Assembly (NCBI RefSeq): GCF_022539665.2
Contig: NC_081331.1
Location: 5,456,001 to 5,520,000 of the forward strand
Reading direction: 5' to 3'
From: Daphnia carinata
Lineage: Eukaryota
DNA: 64,000 bases
Part shown: piece by piece, positions 29,795 to 46,374 of the stretch
How the letters are laid out: each line of letters begins with the position of its first letter
How positions within the stretch are numbered: position 1 is the first letter of the stretch
Made by a program: the position numbers and the translations under genes
The notes under the pieces: model-generated
The model's database searches: none
Seen by the model: only the letters and a program-made list of their open reading frames with translations
Told to the model about the DNA's origin: nothing

Positions 29795-31354
29795 ATGAAG
29801 CTGATTATCCTTGCTGGGCTCTTCGTTTGTGCCTTTGGTAAGCCGGCCTAACATACATTGTGTGATACAATAGATAACATAGTAATTGACTCATAAGATA
29901 AATATGAGATCATTAATTTTAAACGTAAAATGAATGGCTGACTTAAATTATAACTGCGACTCAACAGCCGCCCCGCAGCGGACGATGGTGTTGCCCCGTC
30001 TTCCCATGTCGGTCATCTTGAATGGTAAATACCAGCTGATCCCGGAGGACAAGATCGTCGGCGGTACGGAAGTGACCCCCAACTCGTTACCCTTCTTAAT
30101 CTCATTGCAACGCAAATTTTTGAATACGTACACGCACTCGTGCGGGGGCACTATCCTCAGCGAGTCTACTATTCTCACCGCTGCTCATTGCCTTGACGAG
30201 TAGGTCGTTTTATTTCTTTTCTTTGAATTACCAATGCAATGAATCACGATCAAATCGAAATTTTTTCCAATGCCTTCGAAACGTGATGATCATTTATGTA
30301 CTGCTCCTTATCATAGGGTGGACCCTGATCTGTTCCGTGTGGTTGCTGGAGAGCACAGCTTGTCCGTTGACAGCGGCATCGAACAAATGGGCAAACTGGA
30401 TAATTACACTATGCATCCCGAATTCGACCCCCTTACGTTAGAAAATGACATCGCTCTCATCTACGTAAGAATAGACTCGATTATCATGTGTGACCGTTAG
30501 CAGTTCACGAAATAAATAATCTTTGTTCTTTTTTTGGTATCACTTCCTGCCACCATTCTCATCTGTCATTGAACTCGATCACTTTTACTAGTTAAAAACG
30601 AGGATGTATTTGAACATAAGCGAAACTGTCCAGCCTATCAACTTGCCACCTCCGACTACAGAGCTTGATCCTCCTGCTGGACTAAGCGTGACCGTTGCTG
30701 GATGGGGAACCACCTCTGTAAGAGCGTGTTTTATATTTTAAGAAATAGACTAACCAAGCTCTCTTTGATCTTTTTTCATGTTGATTGTTGTGGGTTCGTG
30801 AAAATAATTAACCAAAAAAAAAAGGCCAGCGGAGACGTTTCCGACGTGCTGCTCAGCATTGAAATTCCTATCGTCTCCGACGGCGATTGTAATGCTGCCT
30901 ATGCCGGAGAATACAACACGCATCCCGTCAAAGAATCCATGATGTGTGCTGGTGGAGCTCCCGGTCAGTAAAGAATAGAATATAGTCACGAAATATCTAC
31001 ACGCAAACCCCCACATCTAATTTGGGAAATCAGTGAATATAGCTAGTTGTTATTCCCACTGTTCAAATGGTAATTTTTCTAGGTGGCATTGATGCCTGCC
31101 AGGGAGATTCCGGCGGTCCTCTTTTCACCTCCGATAATGACGGAAATGTCACCCAACACGGCATCGTTTCATGGGGACGTGGCTGTGGTCTGGCCGATTA
31201 TCCAGGTACATTCCTTTCTCTTCCTGCGTTCTTGATCAGTGTTGGACTGACGTCGCATAACAAAAACCCTAATGCTTGCATTCTGTTCAATCCAGGTGTC
31301 TACACACAGGTGTCTTACTTCCTTGATTGGATCAATGCAGAAATGATGCCATAA
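29795..31354 (+). CDS. Trypsin T7
   Basis: [37 protein letters not shown]. Confidence 0.9.
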
Positions 31355-31989
31355 ATCAGCACAAAAGGAACTACCCAAGATAATAGCTGTTAGTCAGACC
31401 AAAAATCTAAAAGCGTCATGTGTTTACTTGTTCGCTTTGTGGACTACTAGTTGTATGCTATTGCACTGTCCTTTACATCTAAGGACTGTTCTTTTTCCCG
31501 CATCAATACAGTTTCTGTCATGGAAGTTATATATATATATGTAGTTTCATTATTTCAGAAGAGCTTACAGTAAGAAACCACTCACTATGATCTGGTAAAG
31601 CAAAATATTCGATCTATAGCAATTACGAGCACGTATCACGATCCACATACGGTTGTCAAAAGCCTCGCCTCTGTGCCATTTACAAAAGCCATAAGCGTAA
31701 TTCAACTTATTGTACTAAGTAATTGACACAGTGGTTTTAAAAGTACTCAAACACCTGTCCTGAAAAAGAGGGGGCATTGAACTATGCATAGTTTTCACTT
31801 CATACGACTATTAGATTTACAACCGTACACAACTAGGTATTATATTGCATAACTTGTAAGGCTGTTGCATCATTTCGTAGGGATCGTGTTCTAATTGACA
31901 ATAAGGTGTGACAACTAGACGAAGTATAAATAGGCCTGGTTTAGCAAACGAAAAAGCATTCATGCTTCGTTCACATCACCACATTTGAA

Positions 31990-33354
<1,365 letters not shown>

Positions 33355-33906
33355 AGAACGTATGTCGTGATCGCTATGTACTACATTAGCATCATATAAT
33401 ACCTACTGACAATAAAATGTTTTACTGCAATTACTACGTCCCTGCTTCAATTTCTCTTACTTTAGAAATTTTAAATCATTAACATACGTCGTGCATGGTA
33501 GTTAAGCTCGCACAACCCACAAACATAATGCTGCGACTGGCTCGTAAAACTCGCTGGGTACAGACAATTGCTCATAGAAGTAGACAGATCTTGCGTTACA
33601 AATTGCAGCCTCCATCAGAATAACTACACTCTTCCACGTAATTCACACCCGCGACGACTTTGATCGCGTTCATTTCATGAATGTTCTTCTACATTCATGA
33701 CACTGCCTACAAATGTTTGTAAAAACATGAACCGTGGTAATTACTAGTTATTGCGAGAGAATCTTGACATGCATTTCTGTAAAACTGGCAGCAAGTCGGC
33801 CAAGAAAAACTGAGATATCGAGCTGAACTCTGATCCGGATGAGCGATTAAAGGAAGACAATGATTGGATTGCTTAGAAGTTACACTCCAAACACACTTGA
33901 TGGGAC

Positions 33907-33971
33907 TGACGTCACGGAAGAAACCATACGTACACTTGCGTGATAAGAAACGGATATTGGTGGAGTATAAA
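33907..33971 (+). promoter_or_regulatory. T9 promoter: TGACGTCA (33907), GATAAG (33942), TATAAA (33966); the same GATA-TATA module lies upstream of T2, T4, T5, T6 and T10
   Basis: Motifs read directly, about 70-130 nt upstream of the ATG. Confidence 0.65.
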
Positions 33972-34036
33972 TGAACACGATTTTAGTCGAATAAGACACC
34001 ACTTCTGACTTCTGTCATCAAGAATACGTAGCCAAA

Positions 34037-35580
<1,544 letters not shown>

Positions 35581-36490
35581 ATGGGCTACTTTCGGGCTGT
35601 ACCTTCACCTATTTCATCCGGACTAGATTGTTTTTTTAAAACAGACTTTTGGCTCTAAATGAATTATGCACAATAAATTGCTTTCAAATATTCTAAATAT
35701 TTCGAGAGTTTCTTGGTGTTTTTGTTGGGCGTGCCGGTTATCTATGTCCTTGCAATAAGGCGGGCATTTGGGCGTTAGACGTAAGGCAAATTTGGGCTTG
35801 GACGTTGGGCAAAATCCTATCGTAGGAAGGGTACCGTAAAGGATTTCATCCCCATCCTTCTCCATTTTTTAAACCTTTTTTGCGTCAAGTTGCAAACCCT
35901 TCCCTTTTGTACTTACGTTGGGGTACGTTTTTCCATTTCCATAGGAGTTTATGTGAAAAGGTAGGCCGAAGCGGATGCAGTTTACTTTCAGCAACGAGAT
36001 AGCGAGGTGCAGTTTGTACACAGGTACAGTACTCATAGACAGTGCAATGTATGGTGATCATTGACTTAAGTTCTATGGACCAAAATGGGAGTGGCACAAT
36101 TTTAGGTCCCATGTTTTCACTTGTTTTGTGCTGTCAGACTTCTTAAAATGTGACCGTTCTTTTTCGGATCAACCGAACATAGAACTGACGATCGTTCTCA
36201 ACATTCATTTATTGTATGACAGTTTTCTTATATTTTCACGTTATCGTTTACCGTGTAGAAATCTGTACAGCTAGTGCCGAGCTCAACTTTAAACTTAAGT
36301 TATTCGGCCCTGTAGTCTGCACTTCACTCAACTCAAGTGTTGACGCACACATGCTCTTAATCCTGTAGCCTTAGCCTTATCCCTTAACCTTTAGCCTTTT
36401 AAGGTTAACTCTTGCTTTTCGGCTAGCTGTTAAAAATAGACGCCCACGAATTTGATAACGATTGCGTAACGTAGTGAATCAGTTATCTTG

Positions 36491-36546
36491 GTGTCTATAT
36501 CCAGGTGTCGAACTTTCTGGACTGGATCAACGATAACAGTCACTAA
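36491..36546 (+). pseudogene. Orphan copy of the T8 last exon, with acceptor mutated (ag>tg)
   Basis: VYIQVSNFLDWINDNSH*. Flanks are colinear with 33240-33354 and onward, and tcttg|gt replaces tctag|gt. Confidence 0.85.
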
Positions 36547-37217
36547 GTAACATACGTCGTGCCCCAATGTACTACGTTAGCATCATATACTTACTGCCAA
36601 TACAATGCTTTACTTTAATTCCTGCGTCTCTGCCTTAATTTCTCTTAATTTAGTCATTTCAAATCATCAACGCACGTCTTGTATGGCAGTAAAGCCTGCA
36701 CAGCCCACAAACATAATGCTGTGCCTGGCGTGAGAAATACGTTGAGTACATACGATTGCTCACCAAAGTACTCAGTCGTTGTTTCCGAATTGCAGACCCT
36801 ATTAAAAAAACTATATTCTTCTACGCAATTCGACTTCAGGTGCATCAAAACAAATTCATTCTACCTTTATGATTTTGAGTATACATTTTTTGTAGTAACC
36901 CAACATGAATTGTACTACAGTTCTTGTTGTAATGGGAGATCCTTGACATGCATTTCTGTGCCGACTGGTCGCATATCGATCAAGAAAAATGAGATATCAA
37001 GTTGGACTCTGAGCCAAATGAGTGATTAAAGAAATTTGATGATTGGATTGCTTAATAGTTTCACTTCAAACGGATCTGATCATACTTGACGTCATAGAAG
37101 AAACCCTACGTATACCTGCTTGATAAGAAACGGATACTGAGGAAGTATAAATGAATGCGATTTTAGTCAAATAAGACACCAGTTGGGACTTGTCTCATAA
37201 AGAAACACGTAGCCAAA

Positions 37218-38731
37218 ATGAATAAGTTGATCGTGCTTGCCGCACTCGTCGCTTGCGCCTTCGGTAAGAAGCTAACGTTATTTATTTTATATCATAGAAA
37301 TTATCAAACTGCTATTGTTCAATGTGGAAATTTTTTGAAAAATGGTTACAGCCGCTCCTCAGCGCATGGTGCTACCCCGTCTGCCATCTTCAGTCATCTT
37401 GAACGGCAAATACCAGCTGATTCCAGAGAACAAGATTGTCGGTGGAACTGAGGTCGTTCCCAACTCGTTGCCGTTCCAAATTTCCCTACAGCGTCGAAGC
37501 TTCGGTGGTTTCTCGCAGTCATGCGGTGGTTCCATCCTCAACGAGAACACCATCCTCAATGCTGCTCACTGTGTCGACGGGTAGGTCATCTTGTCGTCCA
37601 GCTTTTTTTTTTACCTTGTTCTTCTTCCAGCACTGACTATAGATTCATTAGCAATTGAATTTGTTGTCTGAGTGGCATCGTATACGACAAATGTAACACA
37701 TACTTTTTGCTGTAATTAGAGTTAATGATGTAACCATCTTCCGTGTCGTTGTCGGAGAACACGACCTGTCCCAAGTCAGCGGTTTGGAACAAAACCGAGA
37801 TGTTAGCAGCTATTTGATGCACCCGGACTATGATACTAGCACCTCTTCCAACGATATCGCCCTTATCTACGTAACTACTATAGAGTCCAAACGTTTGTTC
37901 TTTTCATCTTCATTTTGAATGTTTGTAGTTGACTGCACCATTGGATTTGAGCGTCCCATCGGCTAAAGCCGTCAACTTGCCACCACCTGTTACGGAGTTT
38001 GATCCACCTGCTGGAACAATCACCACCGTTTCCGGATGGGGTACCACTAGCGTAAGATTCCGATTCCAACTCGTTTTCCGTGAATCCATCATTTATACCG
38101 TTTTTTTTTATTTCGTACCACAGTCCGGCGGCAGCATTTCCAACGTGCTTTTGAGCGTCGATGTGCCCATCGTCTCCGACGCCGACTGCAACGCTGCTTA
38201 TGCTGGTGAGAATTCAAATATGCTTTTAGTATCAAATGCTATGAATGTGGCCGTGTTAATATGTGTACTGTATCTAACTATAATTATTGTTATTCAGGTC
38301 TATTCGATCCCAACCCTATCTTCCCATCTATGTTGTGCGCCGGTGGCCCAGCAGGTCAGTACAAATACAATTTTGAACAGTGCGCGATGTACCGTTCGAC
38401 GAAAACACAAAATGATGAACCTGTACGATTTCTTTTAGGTGGCATCGACTCTTGCCAGGGTGATTCTGGGGGACCTCTTTTCACTGGAACTGGCGCTGAT
38501 GCTGTCCAACATGGTATCATTTCTTGGGGCCGCGGCTGCGCTTTGGCTGATTACCCAGGTATTTATCTTTCTTCATTCATGGGCAGTGCTGGGAACAGCT
38601 GATGCAAGCAACAGCAAATTGACAGATTGATTTTATCATTGTGTTTTTCTAATTATGCCAACCATTTATCTGTAGGCGTCTACACACAAGTGTCTTACTT
38701 CATTGACTGGATCGCAGCCAACAGGCGCTAA
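37218..38731 (+). CDS. Trypsin T10 (recent duplicate of T9)
   Basis: [36 protein letters not shown]. Introns and promoter align with T9. Confidence 0.93.
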
Positions 38732-39475
38732 ATGGACTACTTTCAGGCTGTCCCTTCACTCATTTCATCCGGACTAGACTGTTTCTTAAACAGACTTTTC
38801 GCTCCAAATGAATTAGGCACAATAAATTGGTTTCAAATACTCTAAACATTTCGAGAGTTTCTTGTTGTTGTTGTTGGGCATGCCGGTTATCTATGTCCTT
38901 AAGCCATAAGGCGGGCTGTTACAGAACTTTGAGTTTGGACGTTGGACAAAATCCTATCGTAGGAAGGGTACGATAAAGGATTTCATCCCCGTCCTTCCCC
39001 CTTTTTTTTAACCTTTGTTACGTCAAGTTACAAACCCTTCCCTTTTGTACTTACGTTGGAGTACATTTTCCGTTTCCCATAGGCGTTATTATTTAGAACG
39101 AAAAGCCGAAGTGAACGCAGTTTACTTTTAGCAACGAGGCTGAGAGGTGTTGTTCGTATGCAGGTAATCTTAAACAGTGGAATATGTGGTGATCGTTGAC
39201 TTACGTTCTATGGACAAAAATGGGAGTGGCACAAGTTAAGATCCCATGTTTGTTTGTTTTTTCACTCGTTTTTGATGTTAGACCTGGTACAAAGTGGCCA
39301 TTCCGTTTCGAACGAGAGAACTTGAAGATCTTTCTCAAAATTCATTTATTGGATTATTGGTCATTCTGTCCTGTGATGTGCAGTCCACGCAATTCGACCG
39401 CTGACGCATACATACTCTTGATTCTGTCCCAGGTACTCTACATATTATCTTTATGTAAATGCAAAAGCTGTGCAA

Positions 39476-42193
39476 TTAGAAACACAAATCGTTTCTGTCT
39501 TTAGGCATGCCATATAGTTTCCTATGTAGATTAAAGAGCTCCCATAAAAGAAGGTATCTTTTCTTTAAAACTACGCTGGCACAAAGGAAGCCGCTGTACA
39601 AGCAAGATGCAAATCCACACGACGTGACATCCTGGCCGGTGAAGTATAATCCTTGAAAAATGTAATGAAAGGTTACTTTCTTATCAACAAAGACTTAATG
39701 CTCGTGCGAATGTTGCAAGCGATATAACTTACCTTCAATACCGGACTCGGGTCGCAATAGTGCAGTTTGTTCCTCCCCAAAACGAGTAATGTCGTGTTCC
39801 ATGTTGTACGTGCCCCCTTGTTTAGTAACTAAAAAGTGCTCAATGGTAACTGCGCTACCAACACTAACGTAGTCTATGGCATTCTTTACGAAAAAAAAGT
39901 TAATGTTGTAACAAATAGCAAAAAGAGTTTTGTACCTTCAACTTGGGAAAGAGAGTAGTCACTTCATCGACGATATGTTGTCCGATAGTATTTTTCGTAG
40001 TATTGTAATCATCGCCTCGTTTTTTTGTCGGTAGCCCGGACCATTGAGAAAACCAAGAATATGGGGCACAAGTTAAAACCGATAACGTACTACGATCTGC
40101 AAGATATGAAACACTATCAATGTGTGTATCTTCGAGAAAGAATCGTTTTCTCCGCACTACCTGGATAGCGATCTTTCCAAGACGGATCTTTGGCAGCCGA
40201 AGATGAAAGGAAAAGAGCTGGATAAGGTTTTTCCAGCGCGTCTGGAAGAGTTGATTCAAAAATTTGGTTCACCATTTCCTTTGCAAACATATAGTCTTTG
40301 AAATTTGATATGATCACAGTGTAAGAGATTTACTAAAATTGGAAATTGCTGACGTACTTCCAGATCGGAACCGGCATGCGCCCAAATATTCTGCGCAGTG
40401 AGACCTAACTCTTCGGGTGTGCCCCGAAGTCCAAGGAAGACGCTGAGGTTCCCACACGATGGCCTGATAGTCTTCATTAATGGCCAGGCAGGTGACTTTT
40501 CGGCGACCCTTTCCGGTAGAAGATCCAGCAAAGTGTTGTGCATACCTGCAACAGAGAGCAATCACAGGTCACAAAAAAACTTGCAGCTGTTGAAAAGATG
40601 CGTTGCAGCTGTTGAAAACATGCTTGGTGGTTCTCAATACCTGCATCCGAAATGACAATGGGGGCATGGATATCAACCATTGAGTTTTCTTTGTTGCCGA
40701 CTCGTACACCTACTACTTTGCCTCCTTCTGTCAGAATCTGGGAAACGTTAGCCTTCATTAGAACTCGACCACCTGATCGCTCAATGACCGGCACAATTCG
40801 ATATGGCATTTCGGAAGCTCCACCGATTGGGTAACACGATCCTATCAAAGAAACATTTCTACAATTACATTTTGTTTTTGTTTTTTTGGGGGAATAATTA
40901 ATTTAAGCAGTCGAAAACCGTATTCGCAGCAATGGATGTGAAGTAAAGCCATCATGGGGAGGCTAATGCGACTGGGAGGTACGAGAAATCCGTTTGATGA
41001 ATAGGATAACAGATACCGCAAGTCTTTGTTCTTTACGTGGCTCTGGAATAAGAGGAAGAAGGTAAAATATCAAGTAAAATGAATTATTTCGCATTACCGC
41101 TTTTTAATTCGGAAACAAATCATTATAGGCATTCTGGAAATGCTGTTAGATTACCTCGACGGTCTCTTTTACTGAACATTTGCTCAAGGCAAAGAAGTCG
41201 CTCAGCAAACGTGGCAGACCAAAGAACCGGAGTACGTTAATGAACCAGAGGGGTAATAATTTGAACGAGAAAAAAGACATAGATCCTTGAGGGCTGTACG
41301 CCCGTTTAAGCAAACGGAAGTATTCTTTGATTCCTTGGGCTTCTTCAGGAAATTGCTTAATCAGCTGGTTTTCAAAGGCATCAGGACCTGAAGTAATGGT
41401 GTATTCGCGCTGGGACGGGGACATGGCGTCCATTATTAAACGCTCCACATTGGTATCTATAAAAGAAACATCAGGGGAATATTCCTGAATGGAAACAAGT
41501 TATCGATCAAACTTTGATCGCGTTACCAAATTTAGCAAACTTGATCTGCCCATCACTGATTTGTTCCAGCAAAGTTCGAGTGAGTGTTGGGCGGATGAAA
41601 TTGCCGACGTAGTGTATTCCGACATCGAATTCGTAGCCATATTCCCTAAAGGTATGGCATGCTCCACCACACTTGTAATGCTTTTCAAGAACGAGAACTT
41701 TCAGGCCAGCTTTGCTGAGTAGCGCAGCGGTGGACAGTCCTGATCGAAATACAAAATAGCGTTTATTAATGACTAACAATACAACACTCAAAGCTGGCGG
41801 ATGAAACTAACAAATAGTTGGATCCTCTAACCTCCGATTCCAGAACCAATGACAATAGCGTCCCATTTCTTTTCGTTGGCCAGTTTCTTGGTGAAAGCTT
41901 TAAAAAAAAAAATAGGAGCATATGTGATGTACTGTTCACACCTTTTTGATTGAAGAAATAAAATTAGGTACAACTTTTGTAACTGCACCTCTCTTCATGG
42001 TTTCATCGCGTTTGGCATGGTCAGTTACCAACGGCGTTAGAGGAGTTCTTGAGTCTTCTGCGAACGGAGACTTCCATTTGTCCGTTTCATTTTTGCCAAA
42101 AAGTTTTTTGAAGCAATATGCAAAGATAACGGCTAGGATAATTCCTGTTTGAAGGCGCACTTCGAGAAGCTTTCCTAATGTATGAAATAACAT
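39476..42193 (-). CDS. RETSAT: Retinol saturase-like FAD oxidoreductase R1 (all-trans-retinol 13,14-reductase / CrtISO-phytoene desaturase family), 11 exons
   Basis: N-terminal TM segment, PFAEDSRTP, WDAIVIGSGIGGL (Rossmann), GGACHTF..GYEFDVGIHYVG, YPIGGASE, SAAKDPSW, GLYFTGQDVTSCG. The exons I translated are open. Confidence 0.88.
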
Positions 42194-43646
42194 GCTGTAG
42201 CAAGCCAAAACGGCACTCTTTTAAGGCATGGATCAAAATGGCACTTGTAGCTCGGATGGAGTAAACGAAACAAATGAAAATGGCTTCTTTGTTGTTGGGT
42301 TGTTATAACTGAAGCTAATGGCGAAGAAAGACGAGCGCCCTTCTCTCTTCAAACTCGTTTTGAGACAGAAAAAATTCTAGCTCCGGGAAGTAGCGCGATT
42401 TCTATTCACATGATGCTCGGTTAAGGCCAACTTTCAAAAACAATGACGACATCATCAAAGATGAAGAGAAAAAAAAACTTGTTTTGTTTTGATCCGTTTT
42501 GTAAAAAAATTATTTTGAGCAGACAGTCGTGCAAATTAATTCATGCAGCCATCAATATTCACGTGATTCTTATCCCTGTTAAATGCAATTTTTTTTCCAC
42601 AAAAAGTGGTATTTAAGAGTTTAAGGGCTAACCCCCATGACCGTTGATATTGTCTGTCATTATACGGCATTCATGACGTATTCGTTACTAAGCTCTTCTA
42701 AGGGAGGAATTTTTGAAACTTGAGTTTGGGCAGCGTGGAGATGAAGCTCAATTACTTGGAAAGCCTTAAAGGAAACCTGGAAACAAAATTTGATGGCTTT
42801 TAATGTAAAAAAATACAAACAATTTTTAACAACAGCATTGCGACTTAATATCACAGCGTTATATATTGTTGTTGTTTCTTTTTAATAGGAGATTAGCGTT
42901 TCAAAAAAATAAAATCCTGCAAAACCTATAGTAAGAAGGATCTGGTAATAAATTTCACCCCCGTCCTTTTCCAGCTTTTCAACCTTTTTTTTACGTCTAG
43001 TTACAAACCCTTCCTTTTTGTACTTATAGTGACGTGCGTTTTTCCGTTTCCATGGGCGTTTTTCTTTAGAACGAAAGGCAAAGCAGGCGTAGTTTGATCT
43101 CTGCAACGAGATCGAGAGGTGCAGTGCGTACGCCGGTTAGCATAGACAGTTAAAATACAAGTGAAGCTTCGACTTAAGTTCTGTGAACGAGACTGAGAGT
43201 GACACAATGTAAGGCCCCATGTATGATATTTTTTCGGAATTGTTACGGAAATAGCACCTCATGTAGTAGCACCTCATGTTCAACGGTAGGTTCTCACAAT
43301 TCTTATCAGCCCAATCCTATTTAACCATACACATATATGTTTCAACCATACAAATATGTTCAGATATTACTAAGCTAGCCACCAAATTTTACCTATCTTT
43401 TCCCTGTGCACTAAACTATCCTTAAATGCGCACATACTCTTGACCCTGTCGCAGGTATTCTGCAAATAACGTTACGCTCACTGCTGAATCTGTACCAAGT
43501 GCAGTGCTTCATGTCCATACATTTAGTAGCCAATTGTAACCATAATCCTTCCACAGCATACATAGCTTCAAATAAGGAATAGCTTGAAAGTATTTTATTA
43601 GCTCAACAGCAATATTCAATACATGAAAATTGCAAAGGCTGTGCAA

Positions 43647-46374
43647 TTAAAAACACAAATCGTTTCTGTCTTTAGGTATGCCATATAGTTTCCTATGTAA
43701 ATTAAAGAGTTCCCATGAAAGAAGGTATCTTTTCTTCAAAACTACGCTGGCACAGAGGAAGCCGCTGTACAAACAAGATGCTAATCCACACGACGTCACA
43801 TCCTGGCCAGTGAAGTACAATCCTTGAAAAATTGAATGAACCATGACTTTATTGATAAACAAGACTAAATGCTCATGCAGATGTTGCAAGGGAAGTACCT
43901 TCAATGCCGGATTCGGGTCGCAATAGCGCAGCTTGTTCCGCCCCAAAACGAGTAATGTCGTGTTCCATGTTGTACGTGCCCCCTTGTTTAGTGACTAAGA
44001 AGTGCTCAATGGTAACCGGGGTACCGACGCTAACGTAATCTATGGCATTCTTTCGTTTTAAAAAATTAATAGTAATTTGTTGTTGTTACAAATAGCCGAA
44101 GAGTTTTGTACCTTTAACTTTGGAAAGAGAGTAGTCACTTGATCGATGATATGTTGTCCGAGTGCATTTTTCGTAATACTGTAATCATCGCCTCGCTTTT
44201 TTGTCAGTAGCCCGGACCACTGAGAAAATCAAGAATATGGGGCAAACGCTAAGACCGATAACGTGCTACGATCTGCATGACATGAAATACTACGGGTTTG
44301 TTTAGAGAACGAATCATATTATCGCAATACCTGGATAGCGATTTTTCCACGACGGATCTTTGGCCGCCGAGGACGAAAGGAAAAGAGCTGGATAAGGTTT
44401 TTCCAGTGTTTCCTGAAGAGTTGTCATCATTACTCTGTTCATTGTTTCCTTAAAAAAAAAGCCGAGTCCTTGAAATTGTATACCCTCACTACATATCGGA
44501 GCTACGAAAAAAAGAAAAATGCTTACGTACTTCCATGTCCGAGCCCGCGTGGACCCAAATATTTTGCGCAGTGAGACCTAATTCTTCAGCTGTGCCTCGG
44601 AGCCCGATAAAGATGCTTATGTTCCCATACGATGGTCTGATGGTCTTTATTAGTGGCCAGGCAGGCGACTTTTCGCCGACCTTTTCCGGAAGGAGATCCA
44701 GCAAAGTGTTGTGCATACCTGTGACAGAGAAACAACAGTTGGGCGTAACTTCGATCAGCTTTTTGGTTCAATTTTGGGGTTTCAGATACCTGCATCCGAA
44801 ATGACAATGGGAGCGTGAATATCAATCATCGATGTTTCTTTGTTGCCAACTCGTACACCTATTACTTTGCCTCCTTCCGTCAGGATCTGAGAAACGTTAG
44901 CCTTCATTAGAACTCGACCACCTGATCGCTCAATGACCGGAACAATACGATATGGCATCTCCGAAGCTCCACCGATTGGGTAACAAGACCCTATAAAAAA
45001 GTATCTTTTTTTAGTTGAAATGTTTTCAGTAAACAATATTTGCAACAGGGTACCATATTCGCAGCAGTGGACGTGAAGCAGAGCCATCATGGGTAGGCCA
45101 ACGCGGCTAGGTGGGACGAGAAATCCGCCAGTGGAGTAGGATAATAAAAACTGCAAGTCTTTATTCTTTGTCAAAGTCTATTACGACACAAAAATAGGTC
45201 TAAATTTTACTTAGTTGAAGTATTTGTTATTGGCCTGGATTGCTAGTCCAGTCATTTTGTTTTCCCAATAGATAATTATTGGCTTCCAAAATGCTGTTGT
45301 AGAATTACCTCGGCGGTTTCTTTAACTGAGCGTTCACCCAAGGCATAGAAATCGCTCAAGAGACATGGCAGCCCAAAGAACTGGAGAACATTATTGAACC
45401 AGAGTGGTAATAATTTGACTGCAAACCAAGTCATAGTTCCTCGAGGGTTATATGCCCGTTTAAGTAAACGAAAGAACTCTTTTATTCCTTGAGCTTCATC
45501 AGGAAATTGCTTAATCAGTTGATTTTCGAAGGCATCGGGACCTGAAGAAATAGTGTGTTCTCGCTGCAATGGGGACATGGCGTCCATTATTACACGCTCT
45601 ACGTTGTTGTCTGAACAGAGACATTAAGGGAGAATTTCTGAATAGGAAACAGGTTACAGATCAAACGTTGATTGCGTTACCAAATTTAGCAAACTTGATC
45701 TGTCCATCACTGATTTGTTCCAGCAAAGTTCTAACGAGTGTAGGGCGAACAAAATTGCCGACGTAGTGTATTCCGACATCGAATTCGTAACCATTGTCCT
45801 TAAAAGTATGGCAAGCACCTCCGCACTTGTAATGCTTTTCAAGAACAAGAACTTTCATGCCAGCTTTGCTGAGGAGCGCTGCGGTGCATAATCCTATTAA
45901 ACGTACAGGAAAGCGTTTACTTAACGTATAACCGTAAATCGCTCATGATTAACAGTTATTATTAAGTGGAAACATGAATACGTAACTAAATAACACTAAA
46001 GTTCCGTCTTACCTCCGATTCCTGAACCTACTACAATGGCATCCCATTTCTTTTCGTTAGCAAGTTTCTTGGTGAATGCTATAAAACGAAATAAAGGCAC
46101 ACCGTGTTGCGCTTTTAACACCTTTTTCTGGAAGAAATGAAATTAGGAATGTAACTTTCGGAACTGTACCTTTTTTCATGGTTTCATCGCGTTTGGCATG
46201 GTCAGTAATCAATGGAGTTAAGGGAGTTCTTGAATCTTCTGCGAACGGAGACTTCCATTTGCGTGCTGTATTTGTTCTGAAAAGGAATTTTTTGATGCAA
46301 TATCCAATGAAAACCGCTGGTATGATTCCTATTTGAATTCGTTCGTCTAAAAACTTCTTCGTTTCAAATAACAT
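43647..46374 (-). pseudogene. RETSAT: RETSAT-like R2 with in-frame TGA in exon 9 (44229-44231); probable null copy
   Basis: Same 11-exon structure. Exon 9 reads DRSTLSVLAFAPYS-TGA-FSQW where R1, R3 and R4 have TGG (Trp). The other exons are open. Confidence 0.75.

Noticed and set aside
40581..40623. Short tandem duplications (22-nt unit in an R1 intron; similar small ones at ~14505-14538 and ~43252-43279)
   Set aside because: Ordinary two-copy slippage; not CRISPR-like and no spacers.
44229..44231. Selenocysteine recoding of the R2 TGA
   Set aside because: Paralogs have Trp or Glu here, not Cys, and I recognised no SECIS.
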